Assembly (NCBI GenBank): GCA_964016885.1
Contig: OZ024754.1
Location: 10,912,001-10,976,000 of the forward strand
Length of the DNA: 64,000 nt
Direction of reading: 5' to 3'
Source: Eledone cirrhosa
Lineage: Eukaryota
This document shows, piece by piece, positions 13,501-26,900 of the stretch. Every line of letters begins with the position of its first letter. Position 1 is the stretch's first letter. Made by a program: the position numbers and the translations under genes. The notes beneath the pieces were generated by a model, which was given only the letters and a program-made list of their open reading frames with translations, was not told the DNA's origin and searched no databases.

Positions 13501-13899
13501 ATCATAAATGTACTGTAAATAGTATTTGTACCAATTTGTATCTGAATATAACATTTCTTTGATATGCTGTCTAGGCATATTTTTCAAAATTTATGCAAAT
13601 GTCCTCAAAACCCTGATGTAGTTGAAATCCTGCAAAAAAAAAAAATGTTTTTAATGAATGCCAGTAGATCTTAGATATAAACAGTAGTAGGGTTACTTTA
13701 CCAATAAAGAAATATCAAATTTCACCAACCCAGAATTGCCTTGAAAGTTAGTCACATTACATTTGTTGAGAAACTATTTCAAAATAACATTAAACATCTG
13801 TTTCCTTGTTTTCATATTTGTACACTCAGAAACCATTTTTTTTGTAAAGTTCTTTGTTTTTGTTTGGGGAAAGATAGAAATATTTAGTTAAAAACAACT

Positions 13900-14180
13900 T
13901 TCGTGAAAAAACATTTGGCTAGGAGCTAGTATTGTAGTATGGATGATGTCATATCTGCTGTTGATGACTTTTTGACCAACAGAATGAAAGCTTCTTCTCC
14001 AATGGGATCCAAGCACTGCGACACTGATGGAAGAAGTGTGTGGGTTGCAGTGGTGGCGGTGGCGGTGGTGATGGTGGTGGTGGTGGTGGTGGTGGACTAT
14101 GTTGAAAAATAAACCTCATTTAGTCACATTCCATGAAAGTATCTTGGTCAGCCTATGAACTTTTCAGTTGTCCCTTGTAA
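13900..14180 (+). mobile_element. Mariner 3' end: transposase C-terminus plus right TIR
   Basis: KKHLA..DDVISAVDDF..NESFFSNGIQALRH*WKKCV..GDYVEK*, then GGTCAGCCTATGAACTTTTCAGTTGTCCCTTGTA; interrupted by (GGT)n. Confidence 0.88.
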
Positions 14181-14289
14181 TATACAGCAGTCGATAAATA
14201 AATACCAACAGCTGATTTCACTCTCAGACAAATGCTGAAAAGTTATCAAATAATATTTATACAATAAATAGTATTATAGCTTTCACTGA

Positions 14290-14650
14290 GTTCCAAGTTG
14301 TCTGCTAACCAGACAAGGAGTACATGATGATAAGAGATTATTCTGTTGAAAAACATCTTGACAGATGCAACAGCCAGAATATTGAGGTCATGATAGAGGT
14401 GTCAGAAAGGAATATAGGCAAGTTAAGAATTAAAGGGGCCAGTATCATCAGCCAGAAAAAAAAAAAAAATAATAGATTGGAAATACATGAGGCAGACTGG
14501 TTACTATAGTGACTCAATGTATGCCAATTACAGGCACATAGGCCAGTTAGGGAAGAATACATCAATAGTGCATTTCATTTTGTTTGGAACTGTTTCAGCT
14601 TCGCATTTGAGAAGGAGGTTATAGCCCTGAAATATCATGTTAAAATGTAC
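14290..14650 (+). mobile_element. Decayed Penelope-like 3' end (GIY-YIG C-terminus plus degenerate hammerhead-like motif at ~14606-14645)
   Basis: ORF 14324-14509 SVEKHLDRC..IEV..KLRIKGASII..NRLE parallels the PLE endonuclease pattern seen at 46075-46314. Confidence 0.6.
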
Positions 14651-14877
14651 TAGGTAAAACATTACTTTGCTTTGTTTTATTTGTCATTATTTGCCCTTCA
14701 TATTTTTCTACCACATTGTACCACCGGCTTTTTGAAAATTATCAGTCTTTTACTAAAATAAAGTTGTTGTTTAACCCCAGGACAGACTTCATAAACACAA
14801 GGTGATATCAAAATGTAATTTATGTTTAGGGTATTTTTTAATAAAATAGCCTAATATATGTTTAGTATTTCACTTAC

Positions 14878-15084
14878 CTCAAATTACGGGATTTCATTTC
14901 AAAAGTTTCTTATTCTGGTGACTGGAAACAGATTGGTTGTTTGAGCAAATTAATTTGGTTAAAGTTTTCTTGGTACTAAATAGCACTAAAATGTCTTTAG
15001 AGATTCTGCTAAAATCATGTGCAACTGTTCTTAGTCTCTCATTGATACAGTTTAATAGATTTGGTATGTTTCCTCCAGGAACAT
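14878..15084 (-). other. Candidate spliced exon (207 bp), coding status unclear
   Basis: Acceptor ttcctctctacag, donor GAG|GTAAGT; either DVPGGNIPNLL...KKLLK* or a 5'UTR followed by ATG AAA TCC CGT AAT TTG AG (phase 2). Confidence 0.35.
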
Positions 15085-15281
15085 CTGTAGAGAGGAAATT
15101 GTCACTTAAATGACTAGAAATGAAGTGAAACATTAAAACTTTATAAATAGATATATAAGCTCACTAAATCTAACATGACTGGCACAAGAGATCATTCTCA
15201 GCAAGTTACTGTCCTTGTTCACTTCCTGATTTAAATGTCATTCAATATTTTTGCAGTTGAATTGAAAACCCCTCACTCCCA

Positions 15282-15314
<33 letters not shown>

Positions 15315-15741
15315 CCCATTTCAAACAGTTGTCACATTATTCTTGGTTAAGTCACATGTAAAGATTTCTTCACATTTTGTCATGTGACAACCTACTTTTC
15401 TAAGCAGGACGATAGGGGCTGGAGGCTGAGAGAAATACTTGACACTACTTTTTTGTTTTTTGTAAGAATAAGGTTTTTTTAAAGTTGATCTGATCAACCA
15501 TTTGATTGATATTGAATGGCTAAAAGTTTAACTGATCATGACTGAATTTGAAAACAGGCCACAGAGTTCAGTCTTGCAACACACAGTGAAATATGTTGTT
15601 TCTTCTCTTAGAAAATATTATTTGCTTAGGTGGGCTTGATAGAAGATAAAAAGATTTGATATGTATATATACATATAATTCAATTTAAAATATATTGTAT
15701 ATATAGAGAAAGAGCCATATATATATATATATATATATATA

Positions 15742-16292
15742 ACGCTCATAGCTGAACCAATGGCTGAACTAGAGAAGAAATTCCAAACATGGCAGCATGA
15801 CCTAGTATCAAAAGGCATTAAAATTAACTTGTCTAAGACTAAAGTCCTAGTTTGTAGAAAGGAAAATAAGGCACAGGTACCCTCAGGGAAATGGCCATGC
15901 TCAGTGTGTAGGAAAGGAGTAGCCAGAAATTCAATTTTATGTCCCAAATGCAAAGTATGGGTACATAACAGATGTAGTGGGATCACAGGTAAACTATCTA
16001 AGAACGTAGACTTTATATGTGGCTGATGCTCAGGTGCAATAAGTAGCAAGTGTCCACAGGATACTAGCTCCTTCTATTGCCCAGATGGTTCTATAGAAAT
16101 AGTAGACACTTTCCGTTACCTGGGTGACGAAATCAGCAGTGGTGGAGGGTGTTCTGAAAGTACAGTAGCCAGAGTCAGAACAGGATGGAAAAAGTTCAGA
16201 GAGCTTATACGACTATTGGCCACAAAATGTTTCTCTCTAAAAATGAAAGGCAGATTGTATGATGCTTGTATACGAACAGCAATGCTACATGG
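15742..16292 (+). pseudogene. RTE-clade LINE reverse-transcriptase C-terminal fragment with PHD-like Cys/His finger
   Basis: KGIKINLSKTKVL..CSVCRKGVARNSILCPKCKVWVHNRCSG..FICG*C..FRYLGDEISSGGGC..ARVRTGWKKFREL..KGRLYDACIRTAMLHG; one internal stop. Confidence 0.92.
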
Positions 16293-16418
16293 AACAAACT
16301 ACCTGCATCAGTTGTTAGCTGTTGAGACACTGCATCCTTTAAAACCTCCATGCTTCCTGAGATTCGCCAACACTACACCTAATGTTCCCCCTCCATACAC
16401 ATACACACATGTATATCA
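16288..16418 (+). mobile_element. CR1/L2-like LINE 3' end
   Basis: WNKLPASVVSC*DTASFKTSMLPEIRQHYT*; homologous to 36540-36736 (-) and 37167-37508 (+). Confidence 0.8.
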
Positions 16419-16851
16419 TGAAACTATTTCTATATTCATAAAGAATTTGAAGTTTCAAAGCTACTATAATGGGGGTTTGGACGGAAAATAAAAAATCATA
16501 AGAAACTGGGATTGTTTTTTTATCTTAATTTATTCATATATCCTGATATTTTGAGATTAATATCTCTTCTTCCGAGGAAAATAAAGCAACTATTCCAGTG
16601 TCTGATGTGGCTTGCTATACCATGCTGGCTGGCCATATTCATGTTTTACTTGAATTGTTTTTGTGCATGCTTCTGAAGAGACGAAAATGACACATTTGTG
16701 ATGAATGTGAGGACTAGAAAACAAAATTAGGCATATTTTCCAACATAGTTTTTAGCATCCGTCCAAATCTTGATATATTTTAAACCTATTATTGTAATAC
16801 GTTGTCTAATATTTTTACTCACATTTTCTCACATTACTAACCTTTAATTAT

Positions 16852-17072
16852 TTAACTCTATACATTACTCTATATACATTATTATATTTTTAATGGTAAA
16901 CACTTTATTCCACATATTTATCTCACGTAATATTAAATCTATGAGATTTTGATGTTATTTATTTTGAGAAAAATACTTTAACATTAGTATGAGTGTGGCC
17001 AGTTACAGCCGGTTTGAACAGAAAGAGGGGAAAGAATTCTGGCTGGATACGGCCGGTTTAAATGCTAAAGGG
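16852..17072 (+). mobile_element. piggyBac-type MITE, left end decayed
   Basis: Same body as 54777-54981; ends TAAATGCTAAAGGG|TTAA. Confidence 0.85.
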
Positions 17073-17338
17073 TTAAGGATACATTTGACAATGTAGTAAT
17101 AAATACACAATAAGACGAGATAGTCACAGCTTGAATGCCTTTGATCATAGACATGCTTAATCAGGACTGACCTGCAGCTGAACAACATTATGGTTGATTA
17201 ATTATTAAAAAACAATCAACAACAACAAAAAAAACCTTATATGCAGCAAAAGACCTTAGATTTATAGGAGAAGTGGATTATGAGATTGTGTAAGTTCATA
17301 TTTAAACCTTTAACATTTAAACCGACTGTATCCGGCCA

Positions 17339-17616
17339 GATGATGATGATGATGATGATGATAGACATATATAGGTTGATAGTGATGTTGATGATAGAGA
17401 TAAATAGGTTGCTGGTGATGATGATGATGATGATGATGATAGACATATAGACATATGATGATGATGATGATGATAGACATATATAGGTTGATAGTGATGT
17501 TGATGATAGAGATAAATAGGTTGCTGGTGATGATGATGATGATGATAGACATATAGACATATGATGATGATGATGATGATGATAGACATATATAGGTTGC
17601 TGGTGATGATGATGAT
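17339..17616. repeat. Compound (GAT)n minisatellite
   Basis: (GAT)n-AGACATAT..AGGTTG blocks, reiterated. Confidence 0.95.
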
Positions 17617-17963
17617 TATCATGGCCATATATAACATACAACCACAAAACTTCACATTTCCTCACATAAATGGAGATGCTCAAATAAATAAAGTGACTTT
17701 TTATTCAAATAAAACAGTTGGTAATATTACAATAAGTTAAAGAAATTGAATTTTATTAGTAATTTCATGAATGGCAGGACTTCCCATATATCACAGATGA
17801 CAAAATATTACCCATAATCCAAGGCATTGGCACTGAATTAACAGTGTTTGAGTTTGAATTCAAGCTATTTGTTATGAATTATTTGCAGTAAATAATAAGA
17901 ATTATCAACAACAAGCAACCATGCTCTGAGATACAATAGAGAGCTATAACAGAATACAGAGAT

Positions 17964-20900
17964 TAGACCTTTCAGTTAGTTAGGCTATTGACACAGTTAA
18001 CTGTGCTTCTCACCACAGTATAGACCTTTCAGTTAGTTATCCAATAGGCTATTGACACAGTTAACTGTGCTTCTCACCACAGTATAGACCTTTCAGTTAG
18101 TTATCCAACAGGCTATTGACACAGTTAACTGTGCTTCTCACCACAGTATAGACCTTTCAGTTAGTTATCCAATAGGCTATTGACACAGTTAACTGTGCTT
18201 CTCACCACAGTATAAACCTTTCAGTTAGTTATCCAATAGGCTATTGACACGGTTAACTGTGCTTCTCACCACAGTATAAACCTTTCAGTTAGTTATCCAA
18301 TAGGCTATTGACACAGTTAACTGTGCTTCTCACCACAGTATAAACCTTTCAGTTAGTTATCCAATAGGCTATTGACACAGTTAACTGTGCTTCTCACCAC
18401 AGTATAAACCTTTCAGTTAGTTATCCAACAGGCTATTGACACAGTTAACTGTGCTTCTCACCACAGTATAAACCTTTCAGTTAGTTATCCAATAGGCTAT
18501 TGACACAGTTAACTGTGCTTCTCACCACAGTATAGACCTTTCAGTTAGTTATCCAATAGGCTATTGACACAGTTAACTGTGCTTCTCACCACAGTATAAA
18601 CCTTTCAGTTAGTTATCCAATAGGCTATTGACACAGTTAACTGTGCTTCTCACCAGAATATAGACCTTTCAGTTAGTTATCCAATAGGCTATTGACACAG
18701 TTAACTGTGCTTCTCACCACAGTATAGACCTTTCAGTTAGTTATCCAATAGGCTATTAACACAGTTAACTGTGCTTCTCACCACAGTATAGACCTTTCAG
18801 TTAGTTATCCAATAGGCTATTAACACAGTTAACTGTGCTTCTCACCACAGTATAGACCTTTCAGTTAGTTATCCAATAGGCTATTGACACAGTTAACTGT
18901 GCTTCTCACCACAGTATAGACCTTTCAGTTAGTTATCCAATAGGCTATTAACACAGTTAACTGTGCTTCTCACCACAGTATAGACCTTTCAGTTAGTTAT
19001 CCAATAGGCTATTAACACAGTTAACTGTGCTTCTCACCACAGTATAGACCTTTCAGTTAGTTATCCAATAGGCTATTAACACAGTTAACTGTGCTTCTCA
19101 CCACAGTATAGACCTTTCAGTTAGTTATCCAATAGGCTATTAACACAGTTAACTGTGCTTTTCACCACAGTATAGACCTTTCAGTTAGTTATCCAATAGG
19201 CTATTGACACAGTTAACTGTGCTTCTCACTAGAGTATAGACCTTTCAGTTAGTTATCCAATAGGCTATTGACACAGTTAACTGTGCTTCTCACTAGAGTA
19301 TAGACCTTTCAGTTAGTTATCCAATAGGCTATTAACACAGTTAACTGTGCTTCTCACTAGAGTATAGACCTTTCAGTTAGTTATCCAATAGGCTATTAAC
19401 ACAGTTAACTGTGCTTCTCACCACAGTCTAGACCTTTCAGTTAGTTATCCAATAGGCTATTGACACAGTTAACTGTGCTTCTCACTAGAGTATAGACCTT
19501 TCAGTTAGTTATCCAATAGGCTATTAACACAGTTAACTGTGCTTCTCACTAGAGTATAGACCTTTCAGTTAGTTATCCAATAGGCTATTAACACAGTTAA
19601 CTGTGCTTCTCACCACAGTATAGACCTTTCAGTTAGTTATCCAATAGGCTATTGACACAGTTAACTGTGGTTCTCACCACAGTATAGACCTTTCAGTTAG
19701 TTATCCAATAGGCTATTGACACAGTTAACTGTGGTTCTCACCACAGTATAGACCTTTCAGTTAGTTATCCAATAGGCTATTGACACAGTTAACTGTGCTT
19801 CTCACTAGAGTATAGACCTTTCAGTTAGTTATCCAATAGGCTATTGACACAGTTAACTGTGCTTCTCACTAGAGTATAGACCTTTCAGTTAGTTATCCAA
19901 TAGGCTATTAACACAGTTAACTGTGCTTCTCACTAGAGTATAGACCTTTCAGTTAGTTATCCAATAGGCTATTGACACAGTTAACTGTGCTTCTCACCAC
20001 AGTCTAGACCTTTCAGTTAGTTATCCAATAGGCTATTGACACAGTTAACTGTGCTTCTCACTAGAGTATAGACCTTTCAGTTAGTTATCCAATAGGCTAT
20101 TAACACAGTTAACTGTGCTTCTCACTAGAGTATAGACCTTTCAGTTAGTTATCCAATAGGCTATTGACACAGTTAACTGTGCTTCTCACCACAGTATAGA
20201 CCTTTCAGTTAGTTATCCAATAGGCTATTAACACAGTTAACTGTGCTTTTCACCACAGTATAGACCTTTCAGTTAGTTATCCAATAGGCTATTGACACAG
20301 TTAACTGTGCTTCTCACTAGAGCATAGACCTTTCAGTTAGTTATCCAATAGGCTATTGACACAGTTAACTGTGCTTCTCACCACAGTATAGACCTTTCAG
20401 TTAGTTATCCAATAGGCTATTGACACAGTTAACTGTGCTTCTCACCACAGTATAGACCTTTCAGTTAGTTATCCAATAGGCTATTAACACAGTTAACTGT
20501 GCTTCTCACCACAGTATAGACCTTTCAGTTAGTTATCCAATAGGCTATTAACACAGTTAACTGTGCTTCTCACCACAGTATAGACCTTTCAGTTAGTTAT
20601 CCAATAGGCTATTAACACAGTTAACTGTGCTTCTCACCACAGTATAGACCTTTCAGTTAGTTATCCAATAGGCTATTAACACAGTTAACTGTGCTTCTCA
20701 CCACAGTATAGACCTTTCAGTTAGTTATCCAATAGGCTATTGACACAGTTAACTGTGCTTCTCACTAGAGTATAGACCTTTCAGTTAGTTATCCAATAGG
20801 CTATTAACACAGTTAACTGTGCTTCTCACTAGAGTATAGACCTTTCAGTTAGTTATCCAATAGGCTATTGACACAGTTAACTGTGCTTCTCACCACAGTA

Positions 20901-23900
20901 TAGACCTTTCAGCTAGTTATCCAATAGGCTATTGACACAGTTAACTGCGCTTCTCACCACAGTCTAGACCTTTCAGCTAGTTATCCAATAGGCTATTGAC
21001 ACAGTTAACTGTGCTTCTCACCACAGTATAGACCTTTCAGTTAGTTATCCAATAGGCTATTAACACAGTTAACTGTGCTTCTCACTAGAGTATAGACCTT
21101 TCAGTTAGTTATCCAATAGGCTATTGACACAGTTAACTGTGCTTCTCACCACAGTATAGACCTTTCAGTTAGTTATCCAATAGGCTATTAACACAGTTAA
21201 CTGTGCTTTTCACCACAGTATAGACCTTTCAGTTAGTTATCCAATAGGCTATTGACACAGTTAACTGTGCTTCTCACTAGAGCATAGACCTTTCAGTTAG
21301 TTATCCAATAGGCTATTGACACAGTTAACTGTGCTTCTCACCACAGTATAGACCTTTCAGTTAGTTATCCAATAGGCTATTGACACAGTTAACTGTGCTT
21401 CTCACCACAGTATAGACCTTTCAGTTAGTTATCCAATAGGCTATTAACACAGTTAACTGTGCTTCTCACCACAGTATAGACCTTTCAGTTAGTTATCCAA
21501 TAGGCTATTAACACAGTTAACTGTGCTTCTCACCACAGTATAGACCTTTCAGTTAGTTATCCAATAGGCTATTAACACAGTTAACTGTGCTTCTCACCAC
21601 AGTATAGACCTTTCAGTTAGTTATCCAATAGGCTATTAACACAGTTAACTGTGCTTCTCACCACAGTATAGACCTTTCAGTTAGTTATCCAATAGGCTAT
21701 TGACACAGTTAACTGTGCTTCTCACTAGAGTATAGACCTTTCAGTTAGTTATCCAATAGGCTATTAACACAGTTAACTGTGCTTCTCACTAGAGTATAGA
21801 CCTTTCAGTTAGTTATCCAATAGGCTATTGACACAGTTAACTGTGCTTCTCACCACAGTATAGACCTTTCAGTTAGTTATCCAATAGGCTATTAACACAG
21901 TTAACTGTGCTTTTCACCACAGTATAGACCTTTCAGTTAGTTATCCAATAGGCTATTGACACAGTTAACTGTGCTTCTCACTAGAGCATAGACCTTTCAG
22001 TTAGTTATCCAATAGGCTATTGACACAGTTAACTGTGCTTCTCACCACAGTATAGACCTTTCAGTTAGTTATCCAATAGGCTATTGACACAGTTAACTGT
22101 GCTTCTCACCACAGTATAGACCTTTCAGTTAGTTATCCAATAGGCTATTAACACAGTTAACTGTGCTTCTCACCACAGTATAGACCTTTCAGTTAGTTAT
22201 CCAATAGGCTATTAACACAGTTAACTGTGCTTCTCACCACAGTATAGACCTTTCAGTTAGTTATCCAATAGGCTATTAACACAGTTAACTGTGCTTCTCA
22301 CCACAGTATAGACCTTTCAGTTAGTTATCCAATAGGCTATTAACACAGTTAACTGTGCTTCTCACCACAGTATAGACCTTTCAGTTAGTTATCCAATAGG
22401 CTATTAACACAGTTAACTGTGCTTCTCACCACAGTATAGACCTTTCAGTTAGTTATCCAATAGGCTATTAACACAGTTAACTGTGCTTTTCACCACAGTA
22501 TAGACCTTTCAGTTAGTTATCCAATAGGCTATTGACACAGTTAACTGTGCTTCTCACTAGAGTATAGACCTTTCAGTTAGTTATCCAATAGGCTATTGAC
22601 ACAGTTAACTGTGCTTCTCACTAGAGTATAGACCTTTCAGTTAGTTATCCAATAGGCTATTAACACAGTTAACTGTGCTTCTCACTAGAGTATAGACCTT
22701 TCAGTTAGTTATCCAATAGGCTATTGACACAGTTAACTGTGCTTCTCACCACAGTCTAGACCTTTCAGTTAGTTATCCAATAGGCTATTGACACAGTTAA
22801 CTGTGCTTCTCACTAGAGTATAGACCTTTCAGTTAGTTATCCAATAGGCTATTAACACAGTTAACTGTGCTTCTCACCACAGTATAGACCTTTCAGTTAG
22901 TTATCCAATAGGCTATTGACACAGTTAACTGTGGTTGTCACCACAGTATAGACCTTTCAGTTAGTTATCCAATAGGCTATTAACACAGTTAACTGTGCTT
23001 TTCACCACAGTATAGACCTTTCAGTTAGTTATCCAATAGGCTATTGACACAGTTAACTGTGGTTGTCACCAGAGTATAGACCTTTCAGTTAGTTATCCAA
23101 TAGGCTATTGACACAGTTAACTGTGCTTCTCACCACAGTATAGACCTTTCAGTTAGTTATCCAATAGGCTATTGACACAGTTAACTGTGGTTGTCACCAG
23201 ATTATAGACCTTTCAGTTAGTTATCCAATAGGCTATTCACACAGTTAACTGTGCTTCTCACCACAGTATAGACCTTTCAGTTAGTTATCCAATAGGCTAT
23301 TCACACAGTTAACTGTGCTTCTCACCACAGTATAGACCTTTCAGTTAGTTATCCAATAGGCTATTAACACAGTTAACTGTGCTTCTCACCACAGTATAGA
23401 CCTTTCAGTTAGTTATCCAATAGGCTATTGACACAGTTAACTGTGGTTGTCACCAGAGTATAGACCTTTCAGTTAGTTATCCAATAGGCTATTGACACAG
23501 TTAACTGTGCTTCTCACCACAGTATAGACCTTTCAGTTAGTTATCCAATAGGCTATTCACACAGTTAACTGTGCTTCTCACCACAGTATAGACCTTTCAG
23601 TTAGTTATCCAATAGGCTATTAACACAGTTAACTGTGTTTCTCACCACAGTATAGACCTTTCAGTTAGTTATCCAATAGGCTATTGACACAGTTGACTGT
23701 GGTTGTCACCACAGTATAGACCTTTCAGTTAGTTATCCAATAGGCTATTGACACAGTTAACTGTGCTTCTCACCACAGTATAGACCTTTCAGTTAGTTAT
23801 CCAATAGGCTATTGACACAGTTAACTGTGCTTCTCACCACAGTATAGACCTTTCAGTTAGTTATCCAATAGGCTATTAACACAGTTAACTGTGCTTCTCA

Positions 23901-26900
23901 CCACAGTATAGACCTTTCAGTTAGTTATCCAATAGGCTATTGACACAGTTAACTGTGGTTGTCACCAGAGTATAGACCTTTCAGTTAGTTATCCAATAGT
24001 CTATTGACACAGTTAACTGTGCTTCTCACCACAGTATAGACCTTTCAGTTAGTTATCCAATAGGCTATTCACACAGTTAACTGTGCTTCTCACCACAGTA
24101 TAGACCTTTCAGTTAGTTATCCAATAGGCTATTAACACAGTTAACTGTGCTTCTCACCACAGTATAGACCTTTCAGTTAGTTATCCAATAGGCTATTGAC
24201 ACAGTTAACTGTGGTTGTCACCACAGTATAGACCTTTCAGTTAGTTATCCAATAGGCTATTGACACAGTTAACTGTGCTTCTCACCACAGTATAGACCTT
24301 TCAGTTAGTTATCCAATAGGCTATTGACACAGTTAACTGTGCTTCTCACCACAGTATAGACCTTTCAGTTAGTTATCCAATAGGCTATTAACACAGTTAA
24401 CTGTGCTTCTCACCACAGTATAGACCTTTCAGTTAGTTATCCAATAGGCTATTGACACAGTTAACTGTGCTTCTCACCACAGTATAGACCTTTCAGTTAG
24501 TTATCCAATAGGCTATTGACACAGTTAACTGTGCTTCTCACCACAGTATAGACCTTTCAGTTAGTTATCCAATAGGCTATTAACACAGTTAACTGTGCTT
24601 CTCACTAGAGTATAGACCTTTCAGTTAGTTATCCAATAGGCTATTGACACAGTTAACTGTGCTTCTCACTAGAGTATAGACCTTTCAGTTAGTTATCCAA
24701 TAGGCTATTGACACAGTTAACTGTGCTTCTCACCACAGTATAGACCTTTCAGTTAGTTATCCAATAGGCTATTAACACAGTTAACTGTGCTTCTCACCAC
24801 AGTATAGACCTTTCAGTTAGTTATCCAATAGGCTATTAACACAGTTAACTGTGCTTCTCACCACAGTATAGACCTTTCAGTTAGTTATCCAATAGGCTAT
24901 TGACACAGTTAACTGTGCTTCTCACCACAGTATAGACCTTTCAGTTAGTTATCCAATAGGCTATTAACACAGTTAACTGTGCTTCTCACCACAGTATAGA
25001 CCTTTCAGTTAGTTATCCAATAGGCTATTAACACAGTTAACTGTGCTTCTCACCACAGTATAGACCTTTCAGTTAGTTATCCAATAGGCTATTAACACAG
25101 TTAACTGTGCTTCTCACCACAGTATAGACCTTTCGGTTAGTTATCCAATAGGCTATTAACACAGTTAACTGTGCTTTTCACCACAGTATAGACCTTTCAG
25201 TTAGTTATCCAATAGGCTATTGACACAGTTAACTGTGCTTCTCACTAGAGTATAGACCTTTCAGTTAGTTATCCAATAGGCTATTGACACAGTTAACTGT
25301 GCTTCTCACTAGAGTATAGACCTTTCAGTTAGTTATCCAAAAGGCTATTAACACAGTTAACTGTGCTTCTCACTAGAGTATAGACCTTTCAGTTAGTTAT
25401 CCAATAGGCTATTGACACAGTTAACTGTGCTTCTCACCACAGTCTAGACCTTTCAGTTAGTTATCCAATAGGCTATTGACACAGTTAACTGTGCTTCTCA
25501 CTAGAGTATAGACCTTTCAGTTAGTTATCCAATAGGCTATTAACACAGTTAACTGTGCTTCTCACTCGAGTATAGACCTTTCAGTTAGTTATCCAATAGG
25601 CTATTAACACAGTTAACTGTGCTTCTCACCACAGTATAGACCTTTCAGTTAGTTATCCAATAGGCTATTGACACAGTTAACTGTGGTTCTCACCACAGTA
25701 TAGACCTTTCAGTTAGTTATCCAATAGGCTATTGACACAGTTAACTGTGGTTCTCACCACAGTATAGACCTTTCAGTTAGTTATCCAATAAGCTATTAAC
25801 ACAGTTAACTGTGCTTCTCACCACAGTATAGACCTTTCAGTTAGTTATCCAATAGGCTATTAACACAGTTAACTGTGCTTCTCACCACAGTATAGACCTT
25901 TCAGTTAGTTATCCAATAGGCTATTAACACAGTTAACTGTGCTTCTCACCACAGTATAGACCTTTCAGTTAGTTATCCAATAGGCTATTAACACAGTTAA
26001 CTGTGCTTCTCACCACAGTATAGACCTTTCAGTTAGTTATCCAATAGGCTATTGACACAGTTAACTGTGCTTCTCACCACAGTATAGACCTTTCAGTTAG
26101 TTATCCAATAGGCTATTAACAGAGTTAACTGTGCTTCTCACCACAGTATAGACCTTTCAGTTAGTTATCCAATAGGCTATTAACACAGTTAACTGTGCTT
26201 CTCACCACAGTATAGACCTTTCAGTTAGTTATCCAATAGGCTATTAACACAGTTAACTGTGCTTCTCACCACAGTATAGACCTTTCAGTTAGTTATCCAA
26301 TAGGCTATTAACACAGTTAACTGTGCTTTTCACCACAGTATAGACCTTTCAGTTAGTTATCCAATAGGCTATTGACACAGTTAACTGTGCTTCTCACTAG
26401 AGTATAGACCTTTCAGTTAGTTATCCAATAGGCTATTGACACAGTTAACTGTGCTTCTCACTAGAGTATAGACCTTTCAGTTAGTTATCCAATAGGCTAT
26501 TAACACAGTTAACTGTGCTTCTCACTAGAGTATAGACCTTTCAGTTAGTTATCCAATAGGCTATTGACACAGTTAACTGTGCTTCTCACCACAGTCTAGA
26601 CCTTTCAGTTAGTTATCCAATAGGCTATTGACACAGTTAACTGTGCTTCTCACTAGAGTATAGACCTTTCAGTTAGTTATCCAATAGGCTATTAACACAG
26701 TTAACTGTGCTTCTCACTAGAGTATAGACCTTTCAGTTAGTTATCCAATAGGCTATTGACACAGTTAACTGTGCTTCTCACCACAGTATAGACCTTTCAG
26801 TTAGTTATCCAATAGGCTATTAACACAGTTAACTGTGCTTTTCACCACAGTATAGACCTTTCAGTTAGTTATCCAATAGGCTATTGACACAGTTAACTGT

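Noticed and set aside
17237-17683. Poly-His/Ser/Ile ORFs
   Set aside because: Derived from a (GAT)n compound repeat.
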